The notes: generated by a model from the letters alone, not told the origin. A stretch of 64,000 bases of DNA from a bacterium (GCA_030431855.1 JAUIII010000001.1:25089-89088); one strand, 5' to 3'. Positions 1-9,055 are shown, numbered from the stretch's first letter. Program-made: numbers and translations.

Positions 1-1
1 C

Positions 2-382
2 GGTATGTTGACGCTGCCAGTAATGATGACCATCGCCGTTGCTGGATTCACTGGCGTGAAATTCCCAAAGTGGTTTATGCGAGCTGCGTTTATTGGTGCA
101 TCGCTCGGGTTGGTGTTTGCAGGCTGGATGTTCTACATGAGCTACGTAGTGATTCAGGCGCTGTGCCCTTGGTGTCTGTTGACTGACTTATCAATGCTGC
201 TTATCTTTTTCGCTATGCTTCGACACAACATCAAGGCGGGCTATACGTGCCTGCCAAAAAAAGCAGCAAAAGAAGCTGAAAAGCTGGTGCAGCAAAACTA
301 CGATAGGTTCGCTCTGGCAGTACTTATTGCAGTGACATTGCTACTCATTCTTGTCAAATACGGCGAAGGACTGTTCGTTTAG
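2..382 (+). CDS. VKOR (vitamin K epoxide reductase) family membrane protein, C-terminal part; the 5' end lies outside the window
   Basis: The frame is open to the left edge. Hydrophobic helices plus a redox CxxC at a helix start (QALCPWCLLTD) match the VKOR active-site arrangement. Confidence 0.6.
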   Translation, partial: GMLTLPVMMTIAVAGFTGVKFPKWFMRAAFIGASLGLVFAGWMFYMSYVVIQALCPWCLLTDLSMLLIFFAMLRHNIKAGYTCLPKKAAKEAEKLVQQNYDRFALAVLIAVTLLLILVKYGEGLFV

Positions 383-456
383 ACAGTTGCGATAGCATAC
401 GAAAAATGTGTGCTACAATGTAAGCAACCATAACCATCATAACAAGGGGGGAACGT

Positions 457-960
457 ATGGCTACTAAACCAAAATATGAAAGTGCTTGGGTCGCACTGGC
501 GGTAACGCGTATTGCCGTTGGGTGGGTATTTCTATGGGCATTTCTAGACAAAACATTTGGACTTGGCTTTGCAACAAAGCCTGACTCTTCATGGGTCATG
601 GGAGGCTCACCAACAAGTGGCTTCCTGAAATTCGGTGTTAATCCAGAAAGTCCGTTCGCGAGCTTTTTCAATGGACTTGCCGGTAGCGCTTTGGTTGACT
701 GGCTATTTATGGCTGGTTTGCTTGGCATCGGCGTCGCTTTGATTCTGGGCATTGGCCTGCGCGTCGCGGCGATCACAGGCACGATATTGCTCGTAATGAT
801 GTGGGCAGCGATGCTCCCACTCGAGAATAACCCAGTAGTAGACGACCACCTGGTCTACGCACTCGTGCTGTGGGTTGTAGCGCTCGGCCGTCGCGAGCTA
901 AGTCTTACAGACTGGTGGCTGAAACAAAAATTCGTCAAGAAAAACCCAATACTCTGGTAA
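457..960 (+). CDS. DoxX-family integral membrane protein
   Basis: 167 aa with about 4 TM helices. The N-terminal AVTRIAVGWVFLWAFLDK resembles DoxX/DoxD-like proteins. A G-rich SD (aagggggg) lies upstream of the ATG, and a TGcTACAAT -10 box sits at 411..419. Confidence 0.55.
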   Translation: MATKPKYESAWVALAVTRIAVGWVFLWAFLDKTFGLGFATKPDSSWVMGGSPTSGFLKFGVNPESPFASFFNGLAGSALVDWLFMAGLLGIGVALILGIGLRVAAITGTILLVMMWAAMLPLENNPVVDDHLVYALVLWVVALGRRELSLTDWWLKQKFVKKNPILW

Positions 961-980
961 AACCAGACGTACTTTAGTAG

Positions 981-1006
981 AATAGAGGCTGAAAGACGCC
1001 TCTATT
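981..1006 (+). terminator. Hairpin after the DoxX-like gene
   Basis: 9-bp stem AATAGAGGC/GCCTCTATT with an 8-nt loop, followed by T-rich tctatatt. Confidence 0.5.
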
Positions 1007-1035
1007 TCTATATTGAACCAGAGATAACAGTTATC

Positions 1036-1203
1036 AGCTGTGAATGTTAGTCGAAAGAGCCGAGGTATCGGGGTAGAATCGACCGTGTACGCTACGATAA
1101 AGCGAACAAACAAGTGCTAAGAAGTGTCTTCTTGGAAACTGGATGGTACCTCCGCCGAAAAGTGGATCCAGTGGCTAAGAGGCTATTTTTATTGGAGAAC
1201 AGA
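1036..1203 (+). promoter_or_regulatory. Candidate T-box (tRNA-Ile sensing) leader, possibly acting on translation
   Basis: The core lies at 1138..1172. It has helix ACUGGA/UCCAGU, a 7-nt bulge UGGUACC identical to the T-box consensus bulge, and an inner helix UCCGC/GUGGA. The 3' strand can alternatively pair over the GGAG SD at 1194..1197. A possible AUC specifier lies at 1078..1080. Confidence 0.45.
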
Positions 1204-1464
1204 ATGAACGACGCAGACCCAACACGATACGCACCAGTTGAAACTGAGCAGCCAGCAATGGATTTCAGACGTATTAATGATGTAATGCGGGCACACGGTA
1301 TCGACACGCTTGATGAAGGGAATCTGCGTCGTATACACGAAAACAGTGGCCCAGATGGCGTCAAGGCAGTGGTTGTGTGGCATATGAAAGAAGAAAATAT
1401 TGCTGATGTTGATGGTGTGGGGACAGAGTGTTTTGATGACTGGGAAGAAGGAGTGTGGCAATGA
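1204..1464 (+). CDS. Hypothetical acidic 86-aa protein (upstream ORF of the ileS unit)
   Basis: The ATG has a GGAG 6 nt upstream. Its TGA overlaps the ileS ATG (ATGA at 1461..1464). I recognised no motif. The track ORF starting at GTG 1114 would run through the structured leader, so I prefer the ATG at 1204. Confidence 0.45.
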   Translation: MNDADPTRYAPVETEQPAMDFRRINDVMRAHGIDTLDEGNLRRIHENSGPDGVKAVVVWHMKEENIADVDGVGTECFDDWEEGVWQ

Positions 1465-4367
1465 AGTTCAAACACGGTACACGCCGGCGCGCAATCGAGT
1501 ACGAAAAAGACTGGGTACAGCGCTGGAAGCAAGACAAAACTTTTGAAAAATCGGTAGAGAATCGACCGAAGGATAATTCGTATGTGTTTTACGACGGGCC
1601 GCCATTTATATCTGGCGTGCCGCACCACGGTACACTGCTTTCTAGCATTGTAAAAGACGCCGTGCCGCGCTACCAAACCATGAAAGGCAAGCGAGTAGAG
1701 CGTGTGTGGGGTTGGGATTGCCATGGGCTGCCAGCAGAGCGGTACACTGAGAAAAAACTGGGTATTCATAGCCGCGAAGAAGTGCTGGAATATGGCATAG
1801 AAAAATACATTGTGGCGTGCCGCAACAATATGGTGCAAACCAGCAGCGAATGGGAAGATGTAGTCGACCGCGTAGGCCGCTGGGTGGATTTTAAGGGCGC
1901 CTATAAAACCATGGACAAAGAATACATGGAAAGCGTGTGGTGGGCGTTTAAAGAGTTGTACGACAAGCAGAAGATATACGAAGGCGAAAAGGTGCTGATG
2001 TACTGTACGCTGGATGCTACGCCGCTGAGCAAGGCCGAGGTGACTATGGACGCTGGGGCGTATCAGGACGTGACCGACCCGAGTGTGTATGTGAAGTTTA
2101 AGCTTAAGTCTGAGCCGAAGGCAATGGGCGACGAAAAGGGTGACGAATCAAAACCGCTATACATGCTTGCGTGGACTACGACGCCGTGGACGCTGCCTGC
2201 TAATACCGCACTCGCTATTGATCCTGATGCTATGTATAACGAATATATTCTAGACGAAGAAAGAGTAATTATTGCTGCAGATCAAGCTGTTGAATTCTCA
2301 GTACTTCACGAAAGGGATGGCTTAAAGTACGGCGAGAATCCAAAATTGGTAAGATGCTTCTTTGCCAAGGAGTTGATAGGCTTGTCGTACGAACCGCTGC
2401 TAGGAATCGATCGAGGCCCTGAGGCACACAAGATATGGGGCGCGGACTATGTCACTGCAGACACAGAAGGACATGGCACCGGTATTGTCCACCTCGCACC
2501 AACCTATGGAGAAGAGGACTTCGAACTCGCCAAAGAAAAAGGCTTTCCGGCGGTTCACGTTATCGATGAAAACGGAGTGTTCTCAGAAAGCGACTGGGAA
2601 GGCAAAAATGTTTGGGAAATAAACAAACAGATTGCTAAAGATCTAAAAGAGCGTGGCATCGTGTGGAAGATAGACTATATTCGCCACAGCTACCCGCACT
2701 GTCACCGCTGTGGCACTAAGCTAATGTACCGCGCGCATCCGAGCTGGTTTATGGACATCAATGGCCAGCGCGAATTGATGCTCGAGAAAAACGAGCCAAT
2801 TAATTGGTTCCCGCCGCATGTAAAGCACGGTCGGTTCGAGAAGACGGTTGAGCAAGCGCCGGACTGGAATATCTCTCGTGACCGTTTCTGGGCGACAGCT
2901 ATGCCAGTATGGAAGAGTGAAAGTGGCAAGGTAAAGGTTGTCGGCAGTTACGCAGAACTGAAAGAACTTTCTGGTGTTGAGCTAGAAGATTACCACCGCC
3001 CGTGGATTGACGACGTGAAGTTTACTATCGATGGCGAGGAATATACACGCATCGATAAAGTTATGGACAGCTGGTTCGAAGCAGGTAGCATGCCGTTTGC
3101 GCAGTTCCACTATCCGTTTGAAAATAAGGAAAAATTTGAAGATAATTTCCCAGGTGATTTTATTGTTGAATACATTGGTCAGGTACGTGCATGGTTTTAC
3201 TATATGCACGCTATGAATGTCGCACTATTTGGTGAAAACAGTTTCAAAAACGTGATTGTAACTGGAAATGTGGCTGGCAATGACGGCCGCAAGATGAGTA
3301 AAAGCTATGGCAACTACACCGACCCGAATGAGCTGATGGACAAATTTAGTGCGGACTCACTGCGATTCTTGCTGCTGAGTTCGCCACTGTTAAACGGCGA
3401 AGATTTTGCCCTGCAAGACAAAGAAGTGGGCGATGTTGCCAGAAAACTGAGCATGATATGGAACATGTACGACTTTTTCACGATGTATGCGGAAGTGGAT
3501 GGCTGGGAGTTCACCGGCGAAGTAAAAGATCCGCTGAGTGTGCTGACAAATCCGCTGGATATTTGGGTTGTTTCACGCGTGCATCAACTGGTTGCTGAGG
3601 TTGAAAAACACATGGATGTTTACGACATACCAAACGCACTAGAGCCAATATTGCCGTTCCTAGACGACGCTAGCAACTGGTATGTGCGCCGCAGCCGCCG
3701 CCGTTTCTGGAAGTCGGAAGACGATGGCGACAAAGCCGATGCCTACAAAACTCTACATTATGTTTTGGTCCGCCTAGCCTATGTTCTAGCGCCATTCGCG
3801 CCATTCTTGGCGGAAGAATTGCACCACAATTTAACTGGCGACACAGAATCAGTTCATTTGAAAGACTGGATGCCAGCTGGAAGTGTAAACCATGCGGTGA
3901 TGACAGAGATGGACTCACTGCGAGACTATGTGAATCAAGGCTTAAGTTTGCGTGCGAAAGCAGGGCTAAAAGTACGTCAACCACTGGCGAGTGTATCAGT
4001 ACCGACTAAGGGTGAAGTGGTAGATTTTGAATCGGTATTAATCGAAGAGTTAAATGTAAAAACGATTGAATTTGGAAAAGAAATAGCAATTGACGAAACT
4101 ATAACACCGGAACTTAAACGCGAAGGTCTGATGCGTGAGGTTATTCGTCATGTACAGTCTGCTCGCAAAAAGGCAGGCTTGAACATTGACGATAGGATTG
4201 TGCTCAGCTTGCAAACACATTCAGCAGATCTCGCTCAGGCTATTACAGAGCACCAAGAGACTATTCATGCTGAAACCTTGGCTGGCGATGCAAAGGAAAA
4301 TGGTGGATATAGCGAAACAGTAAACGTTGAAGGCGACGAGCTAACGATTCACCTACAGAAAGCTTAG
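1461..4367 (+). CDS. ileS: Isoleucyl-tRNA synthetase, type 2 (eukaryote-like) form
   Basis: The N-terminus YVFYDGPPFISGVPHHGTLL aligns with the type-2 IleRS FFDGPPFATGxPHYGH block. WGWDCHGLPAE and KMSKS (RKMSKSYGN) are present. AAGGAG lies 7 nt upstream of the ATG at 1461. Confidence 0.95.
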   Translation: MKFKHGTRRRAIEYEKDWVQRWKQDKTFEKSVENRPKDNSYVFYDGPPFISGVPHHGTLLSSIVKDAVPRYQTMKGKRVERVWGWDCHGLPAERYTEKKLGIHSREEVLEYGIEKYIVACRNNMVQTSSEWEDVVDRVGRWVDFKGAYKTMDKEYMESVWWAFKELYDKQKIYEGEKVLMYCTLDATPLSKAEVTMDAGAYQDVTDPSVYVKFKLKSEPKAMGDEKGDESKPLYMLAWTTTPWTLPANTALAIDPDAMYNEYILDEERVIIAADQAVEFSVLHERDGLKYGENPKLVRCFFAKELIGLSYEPLLGIDRGPEAHKIWGADYVTADTEGHGTGIVHLAPTYGEEDFELAKEKGFPAVHVIDENGVFSESDWEGKNVWEINKQIAKDLKERGIVWKIDYIRHSYPHCHRCGTKLMYRAHPSWFMDINGQRELMLEKNEPINWFPPHVKHGRFEKTVEQAPDWNISRDRFWATAMPVWKSESGKVKVVGSYAELKELSGVELEDYHRPWIDDVKFTIDGEEYTRIDKVMDSWFEAGSMPFAQFHYPFENKEKFEDNFPGDFIVEYIGQVRAWFYYMHAMNVALFGENSFKNVIVTGNVAGNDGRKMSKSYGNYTDPNELMDKFSADSLRFLLLSSPLLNGEDFALQDKEVGDVARKLSMIWNMYDFFTMYAEVDGWEFTGEVKDPLSVLTNPLDIWVVSRVHQLVAEVEKHMDVYDIPNALEPILPFLDDASNWYVRRSRRRFWKSEDDGDKADAYKTLHYVLVRLAYVLAPFAPFLAEELHHNLTGDTESVHLKDWMPAGSVNHAVMTEMDSLRDYVNQGLSLRAKAGLKVRQPLASVSVPTKGEVVDFESVLIEELNVKTIEFGKEIAIDETITPELKREGLMREVIRHVQSARKKAGLNIDDRIVLSLQTHSADLAQAITEHQETIHAETLAGDAKENGGYSETVNVEGDELTIHLQKA

Positions 4368-5161
4368 CTTGCTTGTACGTCGCGGCGAATGAAGCCATAC
4401 CAACCCACAACAATTAGCACAACCGCAACAGTCCCTAGAATTAGTAGATGGTTGCCGTTTAGTCCCTCTGTCATAATCTGTGGGTTGTTGTAGTAATGCA
4501 GCAATGAAAACTTGTCGGCTGTTGCTAGTTTGTCGACCGCGGGTGCCAGGCTAGTGATGAACAGGCTCGCGACGGCGTACCCAGAGCTAATGAGAATCGT
4601 ATAACCTTTGCTACCAGTCACCATAGCGGCTACGTAGGCAATTAGTCCATATACTACGTTGATGATAGTGAATGCAAATATAGACTGCCAAATGCGCCCA
4701 TAATCTGCAGACTCATCGATAATCAGTAGCGCTACCCACAGCGCCGCAATAACACTGACGCTGATAAGTGTCACTACTGTGGTTGCTGCCAATAGCTTCT
4801 GGAAATACACTTTGGTTCGGCTAACAGGCAGACTGAGCAACGACTGCAATCTTCCGTCAGCCTCCTCGCTGGCACTGATACTCACGAATATCAGGATCGA
4901 CATAATAAGAGACACGATGTAAAGATTTGGCCCGAAGATTTGTTGGCCGATATAACCTGGAATGGTTTTGAAATCGGCTACATCACCAACCAAGCTACGC
5001 ATCGATTCTGGTACAGAATCAACAATTTGCTCGATGCCATCCTGTGAGAAAGAAGGGTAGAGCACCATTGTGAAGAAAGCAATGAACATAATAGCGGCAA
5101 TCCAGCCAAATAATTGCCAGCGGAGCGTGTAGAGGCTTTTGGTGAAGAGATTCTTAAACAT
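4364..5161 (-). CDS. ABC-2 type transporter permease
   Basis: Polytopic membrane protein directly downstream of the ABC ATPase. The ATG at 5161 is preceded by AAGGAGG and overlaps the ATPase stop by 8 nt. I did not adopt the longer track start at 5221. Confidence 0.75.
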   Translation of the reverse strand: MFKNLFTKSLYTLRWQLFGWIAAIMFIAFFTMVLYPSFSQDGIEQIVDSVPESMRSLVGDVADFKTIPGYIGQQIFGPNLYIVSLIMSILIFVSISASEEADGRLQSLLSLPVSRTKVYFQKLLAATTVVTLISVSVIAALWVALLIIDESADYGRIWQSIFAFTIINVVYGLIAYVAAMVTGSKGYTILISSGYAVASLFITSLAPAVDKLATADKFSLLHYYNNPQIMTEGLNGNHLLILGTVAVVLIVVGWYGFIRRDVQAS

Positions 5162-6074
5162 CTGACGCCTCCTTGCTCTGATAGTATTCCATGAAGAGTT
5201 CATCGAGTGGTGTTTCGACAATTTGTAGATCGCGGATTGGCTTCATGGAAAGTACTCGCAGTAGTTCATTGTATTTACCGCGGAACACGAATTCACGGCG
5301 ATTACCAGCTTTTTTAAGCTCGGAGACGCCCTTCAGTGTTCGTAATTGCGAATCAGGAGCCACGGCGCCGTACAGTACGTTAACTCTACGTGGTGCGCTC
5401 TCCATTAGTTCTTCAAGGCTGCTTACCCGTAGCAATCTACCGTCTCGAATAAAACCAACTCTATCACAGACTGCTTGAACTTCGCTTAACACATGCGAGC
5501 TCATAAAGGTGGTTTTTCCTGCTGTTTTTCGTTCATGGATAATTTTATTAAACTCAGCCTGCACGAGAGGGTCTAAACCGCTGGTTGGCTCATCTAAAAT
5601 CAGTAGTTCTGGGTCATGCATAAGCGCTGCGACGAGTCCAATCTTTTGCCTATTACCACGAGAAAGTGACTTTATTTTTTTGTTAGTCTCGCAGCGGAGT
5701 CTCTTTAGTAGCTCGTTGACGTATTGTGTGTCGACGTTGCCGTGCACGCTAGCTGCGAACGCAAGATACTGCTTGCCGGTGAGGCTTGGGTCAGTCGCCA
5801 TGTCGCCGGATAGGTATCCGATACGTTTGCGAATATCCACACTGTCTTTGTGGCTATCCATACCAAAGATGGAAATGGTACCTTCGTTTGCATACAAAAG
5901 ATCTAAAATAACATTAATCGTAGTTGATTTACCTGCACCGTTTGGCCCCAGAAAGCCAAACACCTCACCTTTTGTAATTTCAAGAGATACATCTTCAATG
6001 CCGCGAGATTTGCCATACGACTTTGTTACTCCATCGAGCACAAGAACTGATTCAACTACCCCTTGGTTCCTCAT
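5154..6074 (-). CDS. ABC transporter ATP-binding protein
   Basis: Walker A GPNGAGKST, signature LSRGNRQK and Walker B LLILDEPTSGLD. Confidence 0.9.
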   Translation of the reverse strand: MRNQGVVESVLVLDGVTKSYGKSRGIEDVSLEITKGEVFGFLGPNGAGKSTTINVILDLLYANEGTISIFGMDSHKDSVDIRKRIGYLSGDMATDPSLTGKQYLAFAASVHGNVDTQYVNELLKRLRCETNKKIKSLSRGNRQKIGLVAALMHDPELLILDEPTSGLDPLVQAEFNKIIHERKTAGKTTFMSSHVLSEVQAVCDRVGFIRDGRLLRVSSLEELMESAPRRVNVLYGAVAPDSQLRTLKGVSELKKAGNRREFVFRGKYNELLRVLSMKPIRDLQIVETPLDELFMEYYQSKEASDV

Positions 6075-6144
6075 ACTATAAGCGTATACGTTTTATACAA
6101 GGTCTGTCAAATACGGTAGCCTATGCCGTACAATAGAAGTAGCT

Positions 6145-6852
6145 ATGCAAAAAACTTCTCGACCAATCATAGGCGTGGTGCCCTCCTTTGACGTGGGCGA
6201 AGGTCCTATTTATTTCCCTGGTCCAAAAACAGAGCGGATTTATATTCGTACGGAGTATACGCATGTCTTGACATCGGTCGGGGCCTTGCCGCTTATTCTG
6301 AGCCCTGACATGCCACTGGATATGGTGGCTGACTTATGCGATGGCGTCGTGATATCAGGAGGGTTTGACATAGACTCAACATTATATGGTGAAGACCCAG
6401 CGACAAGTGATCCAGTCGAACCGATTAAACGGTTTATGTGGGAAGAGCGACTGATTGCAGCGTGTGACGAGGCGAATGTGCCGATATTGGGCATTTGTTA
6501 TGGGATGCAGCGGCTCAATCTGTATTATGGCGGGACCTTATTCCAAGATATTAACGGTGCCGTGGCGGGCAACGTTGGCCACATGGAAACGATGCACTCG
6601 GTGCTGTTTAGGCAGAATTTCTTAGGGGTTGGCCAAGATGAAACGCGTAATATTAATTCTCGTCATCATCAAGCAGTCGATAGACTTGCTCAGGGATTTG
6701 AGATAGCCGCACTGGCGCCCGATGGAATTATTGAGGCAATGGAGGGGCGTGGACATTTTGGCATGCAGTGGCATCCAGAGTCAGATACCACTGGTATTCA
6801 TATGTATCGAGCGTTTGTGGAACATTGTGCGCACGGTGGCTTGCAAACATAA
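6145..6852 (+). CDS. Class I glutamine amidotransferase / gamma-glutamyl hydrolase (peptidase C26, PuuD-like)
   Basis: Nucleophile elbow GICYGMQ and catalytic His motif MQWHPE. Confidence 0.75.
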   Translation: MQKTSRPIIGVVPSFDVGEGPIYFPGPKTERIYIRTEYTHVLTSVGALPLILSPDMPLDMVADLCDGVVISGGFDIDSTLYGEDPATSDPVEPIKRFMWEERLIAACDEANVPILGICYGMQRLNLYYGGTLFQDINGAVAGNVGHMETMHSVLFRQNFLGVGQDETRNINSRHHQAVDRLAQGFEIAALAPDGIIEAMEGRGHFGMQWHPESDTTGIHMYRAFVEHCAHGGLQT

Positions 6853-6910
6853 GCACGATGGGCGTATAGTGAAAGTACCAACAATTCTCTAACAAAAAGG
6901 GTACGTAGCG

Positions 6911-8251
6911 ATGGAGCACTCACTTTCAGCTGCACGCGTCCTGATGGGCGACAGCTTAGGATTTCATATTATCTTTGTTCTATTGGGGCTGACACTGCCG
7001 GTTTTGGTAGTATGGTTCGAATACATGGCGATTCGGCGACGCGACACAAAGCTGCGTAACGTTGCGAAGTTTTGGTCGAAAATAATGTCACTTCTTGTGA
7101 TTACGGGTGTGCTATCGGGCACGGTGATTGCGTTGCAAATGTCATTGGTGTGGCCTGGCATTCTCAAGTTTGGTGGCGAAGTGATTGGGCTGCCATTTAT
7201 GCTTGAGACCTATTTCTTTATGATCGAAGCAGTCTTCCTGGCGCTATACATGTTTACCTGGGAGAATAAAAAAGTATCAGAGTGGCTCCACTGGTTTTTT
7301 GGCGTGATGGTTGTCATTGGTAGCACTGGAAGCGCATACGTGATTACCAGCGTCAATGGCTGGATGAATCTGCCGAGCGGTTTTGACATTATTGATGGAA
7401 AATTCGCCAATGTAGACGTGCTCGCCGCGATGTTCTCGGTATCGTCACTGGTGACGTTCTTTCACTCGATGCCGGGATACTATGTTGCCGCCGGTTTGCT
7501 GATTGTAGGACTATACGCGTTTCGGCTATTGAAAGCGCGCGCGAAGGATCGGGGGTCTGCGAAATATAAGCTCGACTATTTCATCGTGCAAAAACTGATG
7601 GTATTTGTAGCAGTGGCCCTTGTGTTTTCAGCTATTACCGCTGATATCACCGGTAAATACCTAGCGAAACACGAGCCAGAAAAGCTTGCCGCGCTAGAGC
7701 TGAACTATGAAACACGCACGAACGCTCCTCTGTTGATCGGAGGTGTCTCAGACGGGAAGGGTGGTGTTATAGGGCCTCATTTTGAGATTCCAAACGCACT
7801 CAGTTTGCTGGCATGTAACAGTCCTGGCTGCAGCGTTGAAGGTTTGAATGCAACACCAAAAGAACTTCAGCCACCACTCTACGTGCACACATTTTTCGAC
7901 ATCAAGATGACAATGATAACAATCCTCGCGGTAGTTGTTCCACTCTATTTCTTGGTACGCTGGAAGCGCCCAGAACTACTGAGAAACAGAGCTATGCTAC
8001 TCGGTTTTGTGGCGATTAGCTGGTTTGGTATCGCGATTGTGGAACTTGGTTGGATGATGACTGAAATTGGGCGGCAGCCGTGGGCAGTGCGCGGCTACGT
8101 CACTACATCTGAAGCACTGACAAAGACTCATGACATCACGACATTCGGCTACTTATTCCCAGCCGCGTACATTGTGTTATTTGTAGTCACATATCTGGGA
8201 ATACGACAAATCGTAAAACATGAAAAAACAGTGAAGGGAGGTGTGTTGTGA
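6911..8251 (+). CDS. cydA: Cytochrome bd-type quinol oxidase subunit I (short Q-loop form)
   Basis: An N-terminal His lies in LGFHIIFV, a second His in TFFHSMPGYY, and the conserved GWMMTEIGRQPW motif is present. 446 aa. Confidence 0.85.
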   Translation: MEHSLSAARVLMGDSLGFHIIFVLLGLTLPVLVVWFEYMAIRRRDTKLRNVAKFWSKIMSLLVITGVLSGTVIALQMSLVWPGILKFGGEVIGLPFMLETYFFMIEAVFLALYMFTWENKKVSEWLHWFFGVMVVIGSTGSAYVITSVNGWMNLPSGFDIIDGKFANVDVLAAMFSVSSLVTFFHSMPGYYVAAGLLIVGLYAFRLLKARAKDRGSAKYKLDYFIVQKLMVFVAVALVFSAITADITGKYLAKHEPEKLAALELNYETRTNAPLLIGGVSDGKGGVIGPHFEIPNALSLLACNSPGCSVEGLNATPKELQPPLYVHTFFDIKMTMITILAVVVPLYFLVRWKRPELLRNRAMLLGFVAISWFGIAIVELGWMMTEIGRQPWAVRGYVTTSEALTKTHDITTFGYLFPAAYIVLFVVTYLGIRQIVKHEKTVKGGVL

Positions 8252-8763
8252 TGGCGTGGGCGTATGTATTAATTTATGTGCCAATCGCACTCTTCGTGCT
8301 CGCATTTTTGTACGAAACATATCTTAGTTTTGTGCGTTTGCAGCATCCGAAACAAGGCAGAGAAGGCTATCTCAGTGCCACCTGGGAGGTTACACACACG
8401 CTCCTAGTGTTTGGTGTGGTAATGATGTTGATGCTGTTTACGAAATCAATCGACGAGTTAGCTGATGTCATCTTTCTTTCGACGTTCTGGGCGGCAGTCT
8501 TCCTTGGATTAAGAGGCGCGCTCTACATCTACATTTTCTACGTTCGCAGAGTACCCACCATCAATTGGATGGATTGGGTATTCGCATTTACTCACGTAGC
8601 GGCAGCAGGGTTATTGGTAGTAACAGTAGTGCGAGCAACCTGGTTTATCATAGCTGAACAGCCAGAGGCTAATCTGCAATTTATCCCCGTATTCCTGCCT
8701 GGGCTGGCGCTCATTCTTGCGGTGACTGCATTGCCAATGTATGTACTATACAAAAGTAAGTAA
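8251..8763 (+). CDS. Small polytopic membrane protein coupled to cydA (non-canonical partner; about half the size of CydB)
   Basis: The start overlaps the cydA stop (TGATG), with GGGAGG upstream. About 5 TM helices in 170 aa. There is no room for a full-length cydB before the next gene at 8783. Confidence 0.6.
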   Translation: MAWAYVLIYVPIALFVLAFLYETYLSFVRLQHPKQGREGYLSATWEVTHTLLVFGVVMMLMLFTKSIDELADVIFLSTFWAAVFLGLRGALYIYIFYVRRVPTINWMDWVFAFTHVAAAGLLVVTVVRATWFIIAEQPEANLQFIPVFLPGLALILAVTALPMYVLYKSK

Positions 8764-8782
8764 AATTTGCTATACTTTGTAT

Positions 8783-9055
8783 ATGAATAGAATCATTATA
8801 GATACACGCGAAGACTTTGAATTTGCGGCCAGCCATGTACAGGGCGCCATCAACATACCACCGGCAAAATTTATGTCAGGCAAGTTACCAAAGAAGCTTG
8901 CAGACATCAATAAAGACACAGAAATTATCGTGTATTGTCGTAGCGGCGCCAGGTCAAACACTGTTGGACACATACTATCTCAGCATGGCTTTACGAACAT
9001 AAAAAATGGTGTAAACGAAAACCACGTACGAAAATACTTGTCGAGTGTAGCGTAG
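8783..9055 (+). CDS. Rhodanese-like (sulfurtransferase) single-domain protein
   Basis: Active-site loop IIVYCRSGARS. The ATG at 8783 lies 6 nt downstream of TGcTATACT (8768..8776). Confidence 0.8.
   Translation: MNRIIIDTREDFEFAASHVQGAINIPPAKFMSGKLPKKLADINKDTEIIVYCRSGARSNTVGHILSQHGFTNIKNGVNENHVRKYLSSVA

Noticed and set aside
1022-1035. Short A/T-rich palindrome GATAA-CAG-TTATC in the ileS leader as an operator or Stem I base
   Set aside because: It has only 5 bp with a 3-nt loop, which is too weak to interpret. It is not needed for the T-box-like core.
1092-1838. 248-aa minus-strand ORF overlapping the ileS 5' region and leader
   Set aside because: It is antisense to a very well supported ileS reading frame. 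The product is Cys/His/Phe/Arg-rich with no motif, which is typical of a shadow ORF.
5509-6081. 190-aa plus-strand ORF
   Set aside because: It lies entirely antisense to the ABC ATPase, which has clear Walker and signature motifs. The product is Ser/Pro/Leu-rich and low in complexity.
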